A DNA stretch of 63,933 nt, filler included, from Octopus bimaculoides (Eukaryota), in assembly GCF_001194135.2 (NCBI RefSeq). It is 8 parts of 8 records of this genome, joined end to end, with 100 filler letters (N's around TTAATTAATTAA, not from the genome) between each part and the next. Parts side by side here need not be neighbours in the genome. Positions count along the whole stretch, not along the records: positions 1 to 9,223 come from NC_069002.1; positions 9,324 to 23,200 come from NC_068987.1; 6 more parts are not named here. One strand, given 5' to 3'. Numbering within the stretch: the stretch's first letter is position 1; every line of letters starts with the position of its first letter. Position numbers and translations under genes: made by a program. The notes beneath the pieces are model-generated. The model was not told where the DNA came from. It saw only the letters and a list, made by a program, of their open reading frames with translations, and searched no databases. Positions 1 to 11,663 of the stretch are shown in pieces.

Positions 1-737
1 GGGAGGGTTCGGTTAGGGAAGATGTGTGAAGTGGAGTCGCCGGAAACCTCGGAGAATGGTGCGTTGGAGAGGTAGTGTGGTGGGTAGTAGGTGAGGGAAA
101 ACCGGAGACGGGTGACGGCAGGGCGGGTACCGGGAGAGAGAGCAGATGCACGGTCCACGGAACGTGCTCTGGCAAGGGCAGTGTAGATAGTGGTGAGGGG
201 ATATCCACGTAGGATGAAGTGGCGAGTCATGAGTTGAAACTGAGTTTCAAAGTCATTGTCGTCACTACAGAGCCTGCGTAGACGGTGGAATTGGGAATAG
301 AGGATGGAGAACTTGGTGTGTTTAGGGTGGGAGGAGGAGAAGTTGAGGTATGAGTGTGAGTGTGTGTGTTTCTAGTGGATGGAGGTGGTGAGAGTGGAGT
401 GATGAGTGCCGACCCAAATGTCGAGAAAGGTGTCAGAAATAGTGCAGGAGAAGTGGTGGGCAGGATGGAAAGATTTGAGAAAAGAGAGGAAGGAGTCTAG
501 ATGTTCGTGGGAGAGTGAGGTCGCACCGATACAGTCGTCAATATAACGACCGTATAGTTCAGGAGTGGAACCAATGAAACTTGAGAATATTTGGGCCTCA
601 ACATAGCCAACGAACAGGTTGGGGTTCATTCTCGTTCCCATGGCCACTCTCGAGACCTACCGGTAAAAATCACGCGTGAACGAGAAGCAGTTAAGTGAAA
701 GGACGAGTTCGGCCAGACGAAGGAGTGTGGATGTATC
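1..737 (-). mobile_element. Penelope-like retroelement, reverse transcriptase/thumb fragment (degenerate)
   Basis: ORF 372-647 has AMGT...LFVG...YGRYIDDCIG...FHP...FLDI; the downstream minus-strand frame reads SSSHPKHTKFSILYSQFHRLRRLCSDDNDF, typical of Penelope RT. Truncated by the gap at 738. Confidence 0.8.
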
Positions 738-1734
738 NNNNNNNNNNNNNNNNNNNNNNNNNNNNNNNNNNNNNNNNNNNNNNNNNNNNNNNNNNNNNNN
801 NNNNNNNNNNNNNNNNNNNNNNNNNNNNNNNNNNNNNNNNNNNNNNNNNNNNNNNNNNNNNNNNNNNNNNNNNNNNNNNNNNNNNNNNNNNNNNNNNNNN
901 NNNNNNNNNNNNNNNNNNNNNNNNNNNNNNNNNNNNNNNNNNNNNNNNNNNNNNNNNNNNNNNNNNNNNNNNNNNNNNNNNNNNNNNNNNNNNNNNNNNN
1001 NNNNNNNNNNNNNNNNNNNNNNNNNNNNNNNNNNNNNNNNNNNNNNNNNNNNNNNNNNNNNNNNNNNNNNNNNNNNNNNNNNNNNNNNNNNNNNNNNNNN
1101 NNNNNNNNNNNNNNNNNNNNNNNNNNNNNNNNNNNNNNNNNNNNNNNNNNNNNNNNNNNNNNNNNNNNNNNNNNNNNNNNNNNNNNNNNNNNNNNNNNNN
1201 NNNNNNNNNNNNNNNNNNNNNNNNNNNNNNNNNNNNNNNNNNNNNNNNNNNNNNNNNNNNNNNNNNNNNNNNNNNNNNNNNNNNNNNNNNNNNNNNNNNN
1301 NNNNNNNNNNNNNNNNNNNNNNNNNNNNNNNNNNNNNNNNNNNNNNNNNNNNNNNNNNNNNNNNNNNNNNNNNNNNNNNNNNNNNNNNNNNNNNNNNNNN
1401 NNNNNNNNNNNNNNNNNNNNNNNNNNNNNNNNNNNNNNNNNNNNNNNNNNNNNNNNNNNNNNNNNNNNNNNNNNNNNNNNNNNNNNNNNNNNNNNNNNNN
1501 NNNNNNNNNNNNNNNNNNNNNNNNNNNNNNNNNNNNNNNNNNNNNNNNNNNNNNNNNNNNNNNNNNNNNNNNNNNNNNNNNNNNNNNNNNNNNNNNNNNN
1601 NNNNNNNNNNNNNNNNNNNNNNNNNNNNNNNNNNNNNNNNNNNNNNNNNNNNNNNNNNNNNNNNNNNNNNNNNNNNNNNNNNNNNNNNNNNNNNNNNNNN
1701 NNNNNNNNNNNNNNNNNNNNNNNNNNNNNNNNNN

Positions 1735-2370
1735 AGGAATGGTAACAACAGACTGAAGTGGAGAAGGGGAGGATGGGACAGAAATAGGAGGATAGTGGGG
1801 TGGTGGAAGTGTGGAAAGGGATGGGGGTATGTGGGACGGTGAGGGTTTGGTGAGGGTGGGGGAGCGTATCAGGGGAGAGGGGTAGGGGAGGAGTTGGGGT
1901 AGTGGCATCGGGTGTGATGGAATGGAGGACTGAGTGGAGTTTACGTTGTTTGGTATGAGCGAGAAATTGATGAAAGAGATGATTTAAGTGGATTATGTAA
2001 TGTAAAGAAATGTTAGCATAGGAGGGCGACTGAGAGGAGAAGATGACAAAAGCCAGAAGAAGGCGGTCGATGGCTTGTATTTTGGAGAGATTAGAACGAA
2101 TGATGACGCGCATAAAGCGATAGGATGTAGTGCGGAGTATGGGTAGGATGGTTGAAGCAGAGTGGAGAGTGGGGTGGAAATGGAGGCGGAAACCTTTAGG
2201 GATGAGGCGATGATGAAGGTAGCGACTGAGAAACGAAAGGTGACTGCAGAAGCGTGTTTCTTTTTTAAATTAGTAGGGAAAGGTTAATAGAAGTTTGAAA
2301 GCAGCGGAAGGATGTGTGGAATGATTTTTTTAGGCGGTGGTGAAGCTGGAGGAGGAAAGAGACATGCGTA
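1735..2370 (-). mobile_element. Probable 5' portion of the same Penelope-like element
   Basis: Same strand and same strong G/A-rich plus-strand skew as 1-737 across the gap; broken Pro/Ser/His-rich frames; no catalytic motif seen. Confidence 0.5.
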
Positions 2371-2371
2371 C

Positions 2372-2545
2372 TCTTAACGTAGTTCTCAGATAGATTACGC
2401 ATGACGCAGAATGTGACAAGGCTGGCTCTTTTGAATTACAGATACAACTCATTTTTACCAACTGAGGCTGGAGCAAAGTGAAATAAAGTATCTTGCTCAA
2501 GGACACAACGCGTCGCTGAGAATTGAGCTCACAACCTTATGATCA
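2372..2545 (-). mobile_element. tRNA-derived SINE fragment (CORE-like central region)
   Basis: Homologous to 24290-24585 and to the reverse complement of 45648-45955 (cttgctcaaggacac, caactcatttt, gaattgagctcacaacc). Confidence 0.65.
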
Positions 2546-2689
2546 ATATTTTCGAACAAGGGAATCTAGCACCCCCACTCAGCTCAAAGCAATATCTGTG
2601 TATCGCGATTTCCGGGTTATTTCCCTTAATCATACTTAGATATTGTTTTGAGCTGAGTGAGGGTGCTAGATTCCCTTGTTCGAAAATAT
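2546..2689. repeat. MITE-like inverted repeat, 52-bp arms, 40-bp spacer
   Basis: 2546-2597 versus the reverse complement of 2638-2689 differ at 2 of 52 positions. Confidence 0.8.
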
Positions 2690-3464
2690 AAGGACACAGA
2701 TCGTCTCGTATAGCCAGCTGGAGACGATGTCTCCTGGGGGCTAAATTATAGCAACATTCGTCCTAAACCAGAACTGCCATGTTATGTTGGCAAACAATCT
2801 TTACTCTAAAGAACTGTTGCTGAATATCTCTCATTGTGAGATTTTAAAATAGTAATTTTCTAATGAATATTTAAGTTTGTACTCCGTGTAAGTTTGATCT
2901 ATTAATATAAATATCTATATACGTTATTCATCGTTTGAAAGTCATCAGTCGTTTTTCATGTATACATACACACATATTTTGTATATCAAACCCAAGCTGT
3001 TATATTTAATTTGTTTATCTGCATAATTGCCTAATATATATAAGCAAAGTAGCTAGTTGTAAAATCCCAATAAAAGATGAGAGTAGTAACTATACTAACA
3101 AGTAAAGTTAATCGCCACATCAGTATGGCTGTTCAATGTCACTGCTAATTTAACCCCAGGCAGATCGTCTGCCAGCTGGTTATAGGTACAGCCTGCGCCC
3201 TGTATATATTGCCAGCCAGGGACCGAATCCCTACCATCCTCCAGCAGATTAATTTCGATCTAGTTTGTTCATCTTCAGTCGCGAACACCTGGTCGCCAGA
3301 GAGATAGTCAGATTCCGCTCCAGCAAGCAATATATTGTAAACAAAGCGACCGTTGGTCACTGATTTGCAGCAAGCAAAGTAGCTAGTTATTTTTGTTTGA
3401 TGCCTCATTGTAATAAGTGGCAGTTTTAGCAGCTCTCCTTTATGCAACTGGAAATAAGGCTTAC

Positions 3465-3990
3465 TTCTCCTTTCCAATCTGCCGAATGACAACGGCAGCA
3501 GAGTATTTATAAAACTATAAACAAACTTGTAAATGGTGCATCTCATTTACTTAGTGGTAAAAAATTGGGATACTTCAAATAACCAACACGGCGTCGGTTA
3601 TGAATAATTTCGGTATATTTTTTCATTCATAACGCATGCTTTGTTGATGGGCCAATAACCCGTGAACTTTATGTAAATGATTTGTGCCAGTCGCAGTTTT
3701 ATCTCAATAACGATTTATTTTGTGGCCGTGTGTCTATGTTGAAGAAAAGGATGCAGTGTTTCCTTTTCTGGCAACAGCGATTACACACAAGCAAAATTAC
3801 CGAGTTACGACTTTCTTTCGAGGTCAGCATATTAAATTTCGTGGGCAGATTAAAACCGTCGACAGGGGGAATCTTTATGTCAGCCACATTGCTAGCCTGT
3901 CTTCCTTCTATATCATCACAATCAGGGAAACTGTTACGAGGAGAGGAGGAGAAAGAGTCGAGTTAGAAGTAAACTGACGTCGGTGATTGC
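3465..3990 (-). promoter_or_regulatory. Candidate promoter/5' exon region (CpG-retaining unique sequence)
   Basis: Non-repetitive, CpG-rich. On the minus strand: TATAAATA (3511-3504), TCATTC Inr-like (3489-3484) and donor GAA|GTAAGC at 3465/3464. CRE-like TGACGTCG near 3975. Confidence 0.25.
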
Positions 3991-4440
3991 GAAGAATGAG
4001 CAAGATATCGAATAAAATACCTTCTCGTATTTGATTAAGTCCTTTTAATGGTGTCTCGATATTTGATTATGCATTTTTAATTATGGTTCAGTGTTTAATT
4101 ACATCTTCTGTGTAATTACTGGTCTCGTGGAAGTGCAGTATCTGATAGACGGATTTCTTCTCCTAAATTTCCAGCCTTACGTCATTATTAACAACCATAA
4201 TTAGGATTTACCTTTATTAAGAACTTTTGTTTTGCAGAAATAAAAGACAATAAAGTAAATTAGACAATAGAAAAATATTTTCATATCAGATAATGTTATA
4301 ATGATAAAAGGCGATGGTTGTATTGATATCAAGCAGAGAATGGCTATAACTTGTCTGGAATCTTTTACAAAATAAATAATAAAATCTGCAACAAAATCAG
4401 AACTGAAGTAGTGATGACTACAGGCTAAACAAAAACGTGT

Positions 4441-5080
4441 TTGTGTGAAAGAGAGAGAGAGAGAGAGAGAGAGCGTGTGTGTGTATGTGTGAGTGTATTT
4501 AAGTGTGTATGTATGTATGCGTGTGTATGTGCGTGTATGTATATATGTAAGTGTACGTATGTGTGTATGTATGTGAGTGTACGTGTTTGTATGTATGTAT
4601 GTGTATGTACGTACGTATGTATGCATGAATGTATGTATAAACAAGTATACATATATATACATATATGTGTCTATGTATAAACAAGCATATGTACACATAT
4701 ATATGCATGCATACATATATACATAAATGTATGTATATATGTATGCATATATGTATATATGTATATATATGTATATATGTATATATATGTATCTATATGT
4801 ATATATGTATGCATGTATGTATGAATGGCTGTATATATAAACAAGCATATACATACATATATATGTGTGTACGTGTATGTATATATTAGAAAGCATATAT
4901 ACATATATATATATATATATGTATACATGCACACATAGTAGCATAAATTTATACATATATTCACATATATTCACATATGAGTGTATGTATGCATACGCTA
5001 ATGTGCGTTTGTGTATATGCATGCGTGGGTATACATATATATGTTTTTTTATAAGTGTTTGTATGTGTATCTGTGTGTAA
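4441..5080. repeat. Compound (GA)n/(GT)n/(TA)n/(TATG)n microsatellite block
   Basis: Directly visible; explains the Y/I/H/M-rich ORFs here. Confidence 0.95.
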
Positions 5081-5619
5081 CTAGTAGTGACAAAAGTAGA
5101 ATGTGGAACTTCATTAAAAGATATGTTTTTTTTTTACTACTGCATCATATAACTTTTAGCATAAAGTGGCTATAATCAGTTTCATTCCGAACGAGCTGTC
5201 GCTCGACGGATCAACTTAAATTTTCGAATGGGTTTTATATAAGCTCACTGATAATAAGTGACATCATATAATACACACACATACTCACAAACATACAAAT
5301 CTCCGCCTTTTAGAGCTGGGAAGCTCTTTCACTTCACGATGTGGATGAAGAAAGGGCTTGACTACAATCTTTTTCATTTTTCCGCTCCTCCTCATCAAAG
5401 AAATGCATCAGGTACCTTTTCCCTATGGATTCAGACGACAACAAAATCCACCTTACACCTGCCAATAACAAACTTTCGTTATATTCCCATCAGCAAGTCA
5501 CATTGGACAGAACTCCCCCTGCGGGAGAGATGGAAATTGGAAACCAGGAAGAAAGATAGGAACAGTAGGGGTGATAGATGCATGTGCACACTTTCTTTTA
5601 GCTTTTGTCTCCTACATAA

Positions 5620-5703
5620 ATATAAAGAGGTCCCGGGTTCAGTCCCACTGCGGGGTATCTTGGGCAAGTGTCTTCTACTATAGCCTCGGGCTGACCAAAG
5701 CCT
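5620..5703 (+). mobile_element. Abundant tRNA-derived SINE fragment
   Basis: ggttcagtcccactgc...ttgggcaagtgtcttctactatagcc...gaccaaagcc is shared with copies at 31875, 36800 and 61545. Confidence 0.75.
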
Positions 5704-5850
5704 NNNNNNNNNNNNNNNNNNNNNNNNNNNNNNNNNNNNNNNNNNNNNNNNNNNNNNNNNNNNNNNNNNNNNNNNNNNNNNNNNNNNNNNNNNNNNNNNN
5801 NNNCCTTCGCATAAGTACCATATTCAAGCCTTGAATCTATATCTAAACCG

Positions 5851-5887
<37 letters not shown>

Positions 5888-6779
5888 ATATCCGTTTTAA
5901 ATGATATTCACTATTATGATAGCTGCGTATGTCAACCATTCTTGCAGGATATTTACGCTGATTGAACATGCCGGTGAGGAATTACAATTGAAGAAGCCCT
6001 TGCATGCATTTTAAATTTATTCGTCGTTTTCCAATCGTTCTTGGAAGTTACTGCTCCCACAAAATCTGGCATTGTATAGTAGCCTACCTTGAATGAATTT
6101 ATACTTATGATTGAGGGGGAAATGGTTCTTTACAGGGTGGATAAAGTGTTTCCTATTTTAGTTCTTACATTAATCGAAAATGGAATATTAAACCATATAA
6201 CTATAACTTCCCTTTTACGCTTGTTGCGTGTTGATTTAATTATCAATAATGTTCCATTGATTATTTGAAACACGCAGCTTTTAGTGTAGCATTATATACG
6301 TTCATAATTCCGCTGAAAGACATCTCATTGCAAAACAACTTCAATTGTAAAATATATTCTTGCAAATACTTGACATAGTGGACGATTAGAATTTTTATTT
6401 ATGGTATCTTAATGTTTCAGGTACGGTTAAAATATACTCTCATTTAGATCAAAAGTCACGTCCAGAAAATTAACATTTCAAGACTGGTGTTTATTGCAAT
6501 TTTAAAATTAAGAGTGCTGAATAATTCTTTCCTAAATCTATTTGCCATTTGACTATTTACCCCTCAGATATATTAAAAAACCAGCCACTCATAAGACTCT
6601 CCATGGATTGAATTGAATTTTTTGACATCAGCTCTAGAATATAATTATGGATAAGATTTGAAATTTTGGCATGATTCTCTGGTTCCCATGCTGAAATCTA
6701 AATATTTTGATTTATCTTATTTTATATTATTTACATTAGTTACATTTGACGGATATTTGTCCTCATCTTGTTTGTTGTT

Positions 6780-6825
6780 AACACAACATTTCGGCTGATA
6801 TACCCTCTAGCCTTCATCAGGTGTC
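6780..6825 (-). ncRNA. Minimal type I hammerhead ribozyme motif
   Basis: Minus strand: GACAC-CUGAUGA-A-GGCU...AGCC-GAAA-UG-UU-GUGUU. Stems I and II pair; stem III is AUGU (ACGU in the 7292 copy). Confidence 0.65.
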
Positions 6826-6874
6826 TTGGGGAAATTTCGAACCTGGGTTCTCATTCCTGGGGTATTTTTCGATG

Positions 6875-6911
<37 letters not shown>

Positions 6912-6913
<2 letters not shown>

Positions 6914-6986
6914 TCACTGCCTGGAATCGAATTCGGAATCTTGGAGTTAATAGCCCGCGCTCTTAACCACTACGCCATATACCCGT
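6912..6986 (-). other. tRNA-like Pol III promoter segment (not an intact tRNA)
   Basis: A-box-like TGGCGTAGTGG and B-box-like AATTCGATTCC; no clean cloverleaf; a second copy lies at 16309-16370. Confidence 0.6.
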
Positions 6987-7158
6987 NNNNNNNNNNNNNN
7001 NNNNNNNNNNNNNNNNNNNNNNNNNNNNNNNNNNNNNNNNNNNNNNNNNNNNNNNNNNNNNNNNNNNNNNNNNNNNNNNNNNNNNNNNNNNNNNNNNNNN
7101 NNNNNNNNNNNNNNNNNNNNNNNNNNNNNNNNNNNNNNNNNNNNNNNNNNNNNNNNNN

Positions 7159-7244
<86 letters not shown>

Positions 7245-7425
7245 TCGAACAATACTTCAGGAATGAGAACCCAGGTTCGAAATTTCCCCAAGACACCTGA
7301 TGAAGGCTAGAGGGTAAATCAGCCCATACGTTGTGTTAACAACAAACAAGATGAGGAGAAATATCCGTCAAATGTAATTAATGTAAATAATGTACATAAT
7401 TCCTCATCTCTTAAATATAGAACTG
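7159..7425 (+). mobile_element. Inverted second copy of the Penelope terminal module
   Basis: Reverse complement of 6715-6890; hammerhead core CTGATGA at 7297-7303 with GAAA mutated to CATA. Confidence 0.75.
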
Positions 7426-7429
7426 TACT

Positions 7430-8450
7430 ATCTTTTTTTATCCGAATAGACTTCTTAACATTCATTCTTATTGTATATCCTTATCCGTGATTGATGTATG
7501 GAGTTTATAGTATCTAAATGTTTTGATATAGATGGTTTAAAACAAAAAGTATGCAAACAATACCTTTTTTATTACAAATAGGTAAAAGCCGAACTAATTA
7601 TAGATCTGAAATTTTCCAGAGCCAATAGTAAAGACCAATACGGTCTTTACTAATTTTATCTAATGTAGTTTGCTAATTCTATCAAATTCCGCGTATGATT
7701 CAACAGTCTTGCAGAGGTATCGCTTTGAAAATTAGATTTATGGTCCTTACAAGTTATTTATAGTCTTTCTAAATCAAGAATACTCACTTTATCGTCTATA
7801 TTGAGACTAGATATTACAAGCTAAGCTTCTTTCTTTTTTTCTGTTTAACCTAACGTATTCTGCGAAGTTTTCTTATATTTGTTGGTCATCGGATGCACTA
7901 GATTCTATTTCCCAAGTATTTTTGCATTATCGGTTTTCATAAAGAAATTTATTTTACGACATTCTTCAAATTGTCAGTGATTTTACTAAGAAGCTATAAT
8001 GAGTTTTTATTAGCTTAATATATTTTACCATTTTGAAAATGCCTTTCTCGAGATGTTTCAATAGATGATTTCCTGGTATCTTTTATTAGATCTAAATCCA
8101 TTTTCCCTTTGACTTTTTTTCTTTCATTAATTTTGTGTAAAAAGAATACCTTCTATTTCATTCTTTTGACTAAGCGTTCTGTTCTATACACAGCACAATT
8201 CACTGTTTATAAGAATGTGTGCCAATATTCTTGGTGGAGAGTTTAATCAGAAGGGCGCTTATTAATTCAACAAATATGCTAAAAACTAATGGAGAGCTCT
8301 ATTCAATGAAGATCTTAATATATAAATTAGGTGTAAACAACAGAAGAACCCCATACAAAATGCAGTGTCTAGCAATTTTATCAGGACTAACCATCGATCT
8401 CACCTTCACTCGTTTCAACGGGTATGGTAATAATCTGCATTAATGCTATG
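7430..8450 (-). mobile_element. Possible highly decayed AT-rich LINE RT relic
   Basis: Broken minus-strand frames with an ILDLE-like RT motif remnant near 7770; many stops. Confidence 0.25.
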
Positions 8451-8881
8451 ATTTTTGAGATAACAATAAAGAATTTTAAATAATTGCTGAATTATCCGTG
8501 GCCAGTGCACGCTTCTATAGGAGTAAATACGGATTAGAAATATAAGCAGCTTATACCTAACATTTGCAGATGTATTCGCTTCGTTTATTTCGTATATACA
8601 AAGCCACAACGCATCACTAATATATGGCAGCACTCAAAACTAAAATATAAAATGCAAACCATTAAGCTTCAGCAAGTGACGACACTGTGTAAGTCTCGTA
8701 TAAATCTCTAAAGAATGCGTTTCTGTTTTTAAACGTGTATTTTTATAAAACATGATTGTCTATAAAGTTTGCGTTGTAAGACTTGCTGAAGGCAAACAAT
8801 TGCCCTTCACGCCGTGTTATCCCCAGATTATTGTGTGCGTGTGTGTGCGCGCGTGTGTGTATGCATGCATGTATTGTATAA

Positions 8882-8921
<40 letters not shown>

Positions 8922-9267
8922 AGTAAAAATAAATACAAAAAAGGTGAGTTTTTTTTGTATGATTGTGTATAGAGGAATATATTATTTTGTTTAAAAGAGT
9001 TCCAACACTGTCTGTTTTTTATGTTTTATTTATATTCCTGCAGAACTAATGTGGGGTATAGAATATGGAATATACAATATATAATATGATATACAATATA
9101 CAATATAAAATAAAATAAAATAAAAATGGATGGCACCATGAAAGAAAGTATTGAATGTAGATGAAATATTGAGTGTTCAATATAAAGGATCAAATATATA
9201 AATATATAAATATAAATATATATNNNNNNNNNNNNNNNNNNNNNNNNNNNNNNNNNNNNNNNNNNNN

Positions 9268-9279
9268 TTAATTAATTAA
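9268..9279. other. Assembly linker TTAATTAATTAA (artefact; also 23245, 42480, 52003, 56240, 59899, 62602)
   Basis: Identical 12-mer with stops in all six frames, embedded in N runs seven times. Confidence 0.95.
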
Positions 9280-10339
9280 NNNNNNNNNNNNNNNNNNNNN
9301 NNNNNNNNNNNNNNNNNNNNNNNTATATATATACATATATATATATATATATACATATATATTTATATATATATGCATATATTTCTTTGTGTGTATATAA
9401 ACACACACTTATATGCGTACATACATATGCGCATCTGTACATTTATATGGACGCGCATGCGTGCGCTCGCATGGAAGTGTAAATATCACTACAACCTTTC
9501 AATCCCTGGTGAATATCGGATCAACGGAAAGTGAATGCTTGTCAGTTAAAGCTTTGTACGAAATGTACAGTAAATTGACTGACAGTATTTGATTATCTAC
9601 ATTTAAATTGACGTGATGTTAGTCGACTACTGGTTTTTCAGTCAAATAGACTTATTCTATAAGCTTCACAAAGTGTGAAATATACGCGTTTCTGAAAGTG
9701 GGCCACTAGATAATATCTCTTGAACTTTCCAAAGAATAAACGTTTCATGGCAAGATAAGAATGGTTTGGTTTTGCTGTTGTTCAGTAAGCTATGTATGTA
9801 AGTATGTACATCACTATATGAATGCATGTTTGTAAGTGTTTATGTGTATGTATATGTATCTCTGTATATGAATTCGTAGGTATGTTTGCATTTGATGTAT
9901 GTGTGTATTTCTCTGTTTATGTATGCGTATATTTATATAAACCCAGCTCTACGTGTCGTATTTTAAAAGAGAAATTCTAGCTCGGCAAACAAATACCTAC
10001 CCTGTATATGTATATATTTCGGAGGAACTATCACTTTTTGCGATTTGGCTCTGGAAGAAAGGATAAAAAAATGCAAACTTCACTGGTCCACTCGCGCCAG
10101 TTAGATTGATATCTTTAATTATTCTCTTTGGTAGAAAAAGACAAGGGTAAAGAGAGCCTGATATTCATGGAATATAGGCCTAGTAATTAGTGCAAGGCAG
10201 GGCGTGAATGGGCCCCATCTATGGTGATGAGAGCTATGCCTTCTGATGTATGGTTTGCTAATTGTAAAACCCCAGTAACTACCCGCAATTCATGTGCACA
10301 GGTATGTATATGTATAGTTGAAATTTACAGAAAAACAAA

Positions 10340-10560
10340 AGACAAAAGGTGTATTAGTAAGCCGCTCGGGAAAGTGAGAATGTCTTGTACGTTTCGAGCC
10401 TACGCTCTTCAACAGAAACGAATATGAGAAAATAAACAGAGAGAGAATTAAAAAAAACAAAAAACAATAAACTTGTGGATTTAGCGATCAAGCATGGCGA
10501 CTTGTTGGGGAAAAAATGCATGATATATACATACGTGTACCTTTGTCATCCTGTCAGATT
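10340..10560 (-). mobile_element. Penelope-type terminal fragment with degenerate hammerhead-like core
   Basis: Minus strand CUGUUGA-A-GAGC GUAG GCUC-GAAA-CG-UA at 10415-10388; a homologous decayed copy lies at 43330-43490. Confidence 0.45.
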
Positions 10561-10580
10561 CTAATTGTGTGAGTTTTTGC

Positions 10581-10618
<38 letters not shown>

Positions 10619-11663
10619 TATTTGCCACTTAAATGTGGCTGACCCCGAGGGGTGGATGTAATATATATGTATATAAACATATATATTGTATATNNNNNNN
10701 NNNNNNNNNNNNNNNNNNNNNNNNNNNNNNNNNNNNNNNNNNNNNNNNNNNNNNNNNNNNNNNNNNNNNNNNNNNNNNNNNNNNNNNNNNNNNNNNNNNN
10801 NNNNNNNNNNNNNNNNNNNNNNNNNNNNNNNNNNNNNNNNNNNNNNNNNNNNNNNNNNNNNNNNNNNNNNNNNNNNNNNNNNNNNNNNNNNNNNNNNNNN
10901 NNNNNNNNNNNNNNNNNNNNNNNNNNNNNNNNNNNNNNNNNNNNNNNNNNNNNNNNNNNNNNNNNNNNNNNNNNNNNNNNNNNNNNNNNNNNNNNNNNNN
11001 NNNNNNNNNNNNNNNNNNNNNNNNNNNNNNNNNNNNNNNNNNNNNNNNNNNNNNNNNNNNNNNNNNNNNNNNNNNNNNNNNNNNNNNNNNNNNNNNNNNN
11101 NNNNNNNNNNNNNNNNNNNNNNNNNNNNNNNNNNNNNNNNNNNNNNNNNNNNNNNNNNNNNNNNNNNNNNNNNNNNNNNNNNNNNNNNNNNNNNNNNNNN
11201 NNNNNNNNNNNNNNNNNNNNNNNNNNNNNNNNNNNNNNNNNNNNNNNNNNNNNNNNNNNNNNNNNNNNNNNNNNNNNNNNNNNNNNNNNNNNNNNNNNNN
11301 NNNNNNNNNNNNNNNNNNNNNNNNNNNNNNNNNNNNNNNNNNNNNNNNNNNNNNNNNNNNNNNNNNNNNNNNNNNNNNNNNNNNNNNNNNNNNNNNNNNN
11401 NNNNNNNNNNNNNNNNNNNNNNNNNNNNNNNNNNNNNNNNNNNNNNNNNNNNNNNNNNNNNNNNNNNNNNNNNNNNNNNNNNNNNNNNNNNNNNNNNNNN
11501 NNNNNNNNNNNNNNNNNNNNNNNNNNNNNNNNNNNNNNNNNNNNNNNNNNNNNNNNNNNNNNNNNNNNNNNNNNNNNNNNNNNNNNNNNNNNNNNNNNNN
11601 NNNNNNNNNNNNNNNNNNNNNNNNNNNNNNNNNNNNNNNNNNNNNNNNNNNNNNNNNNNNNNN

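Larger units (their letters stand above)
6715..6986 (-). mobile_element. Penelope terminal-repeat module: tRNA-like segment + (AAT)n + hammerhead
   Basis: Its tRNA-like and (AAT)n part matches the sequence downstream of the GIY-YIG stop at 16270-16400; its hammerhead-containing tail is the inverted partner of 7159-7425. Confidence 0.75.

Noticed and set aside
626-2113. Long ORFs spanning N runs (and similar ones at 10.6, 14.7, 21.1, 38.5, 40.0, 46.0 and 53.3 kb)
   Set aside because: Their length comes from X residues in assembly gaps.
3720-3977. 85-aa plus-strand ORF with protein-like composition
   Set aside because: Starts at a non-ATG codon, has no good splice sites and no recognisable family; a vague Tudor-like stretch is not sufficient.
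4201-5080. Y/I/H/T/C/V-rich ORFs here and throughout the window
   Set aside because: Translations of (TA)n, (CA)n and (TATG)n repeats.
6912-6986. Functional tRNA gene
   Set aside because: A/B boxes only; the acceptor stem does not close, and the sequence is part of a repeat.
9268-9279. Recurrent TTAATTAATTAA as a biological motif
   Set aside because: Always embedded between N runs; a scaffolding linker.
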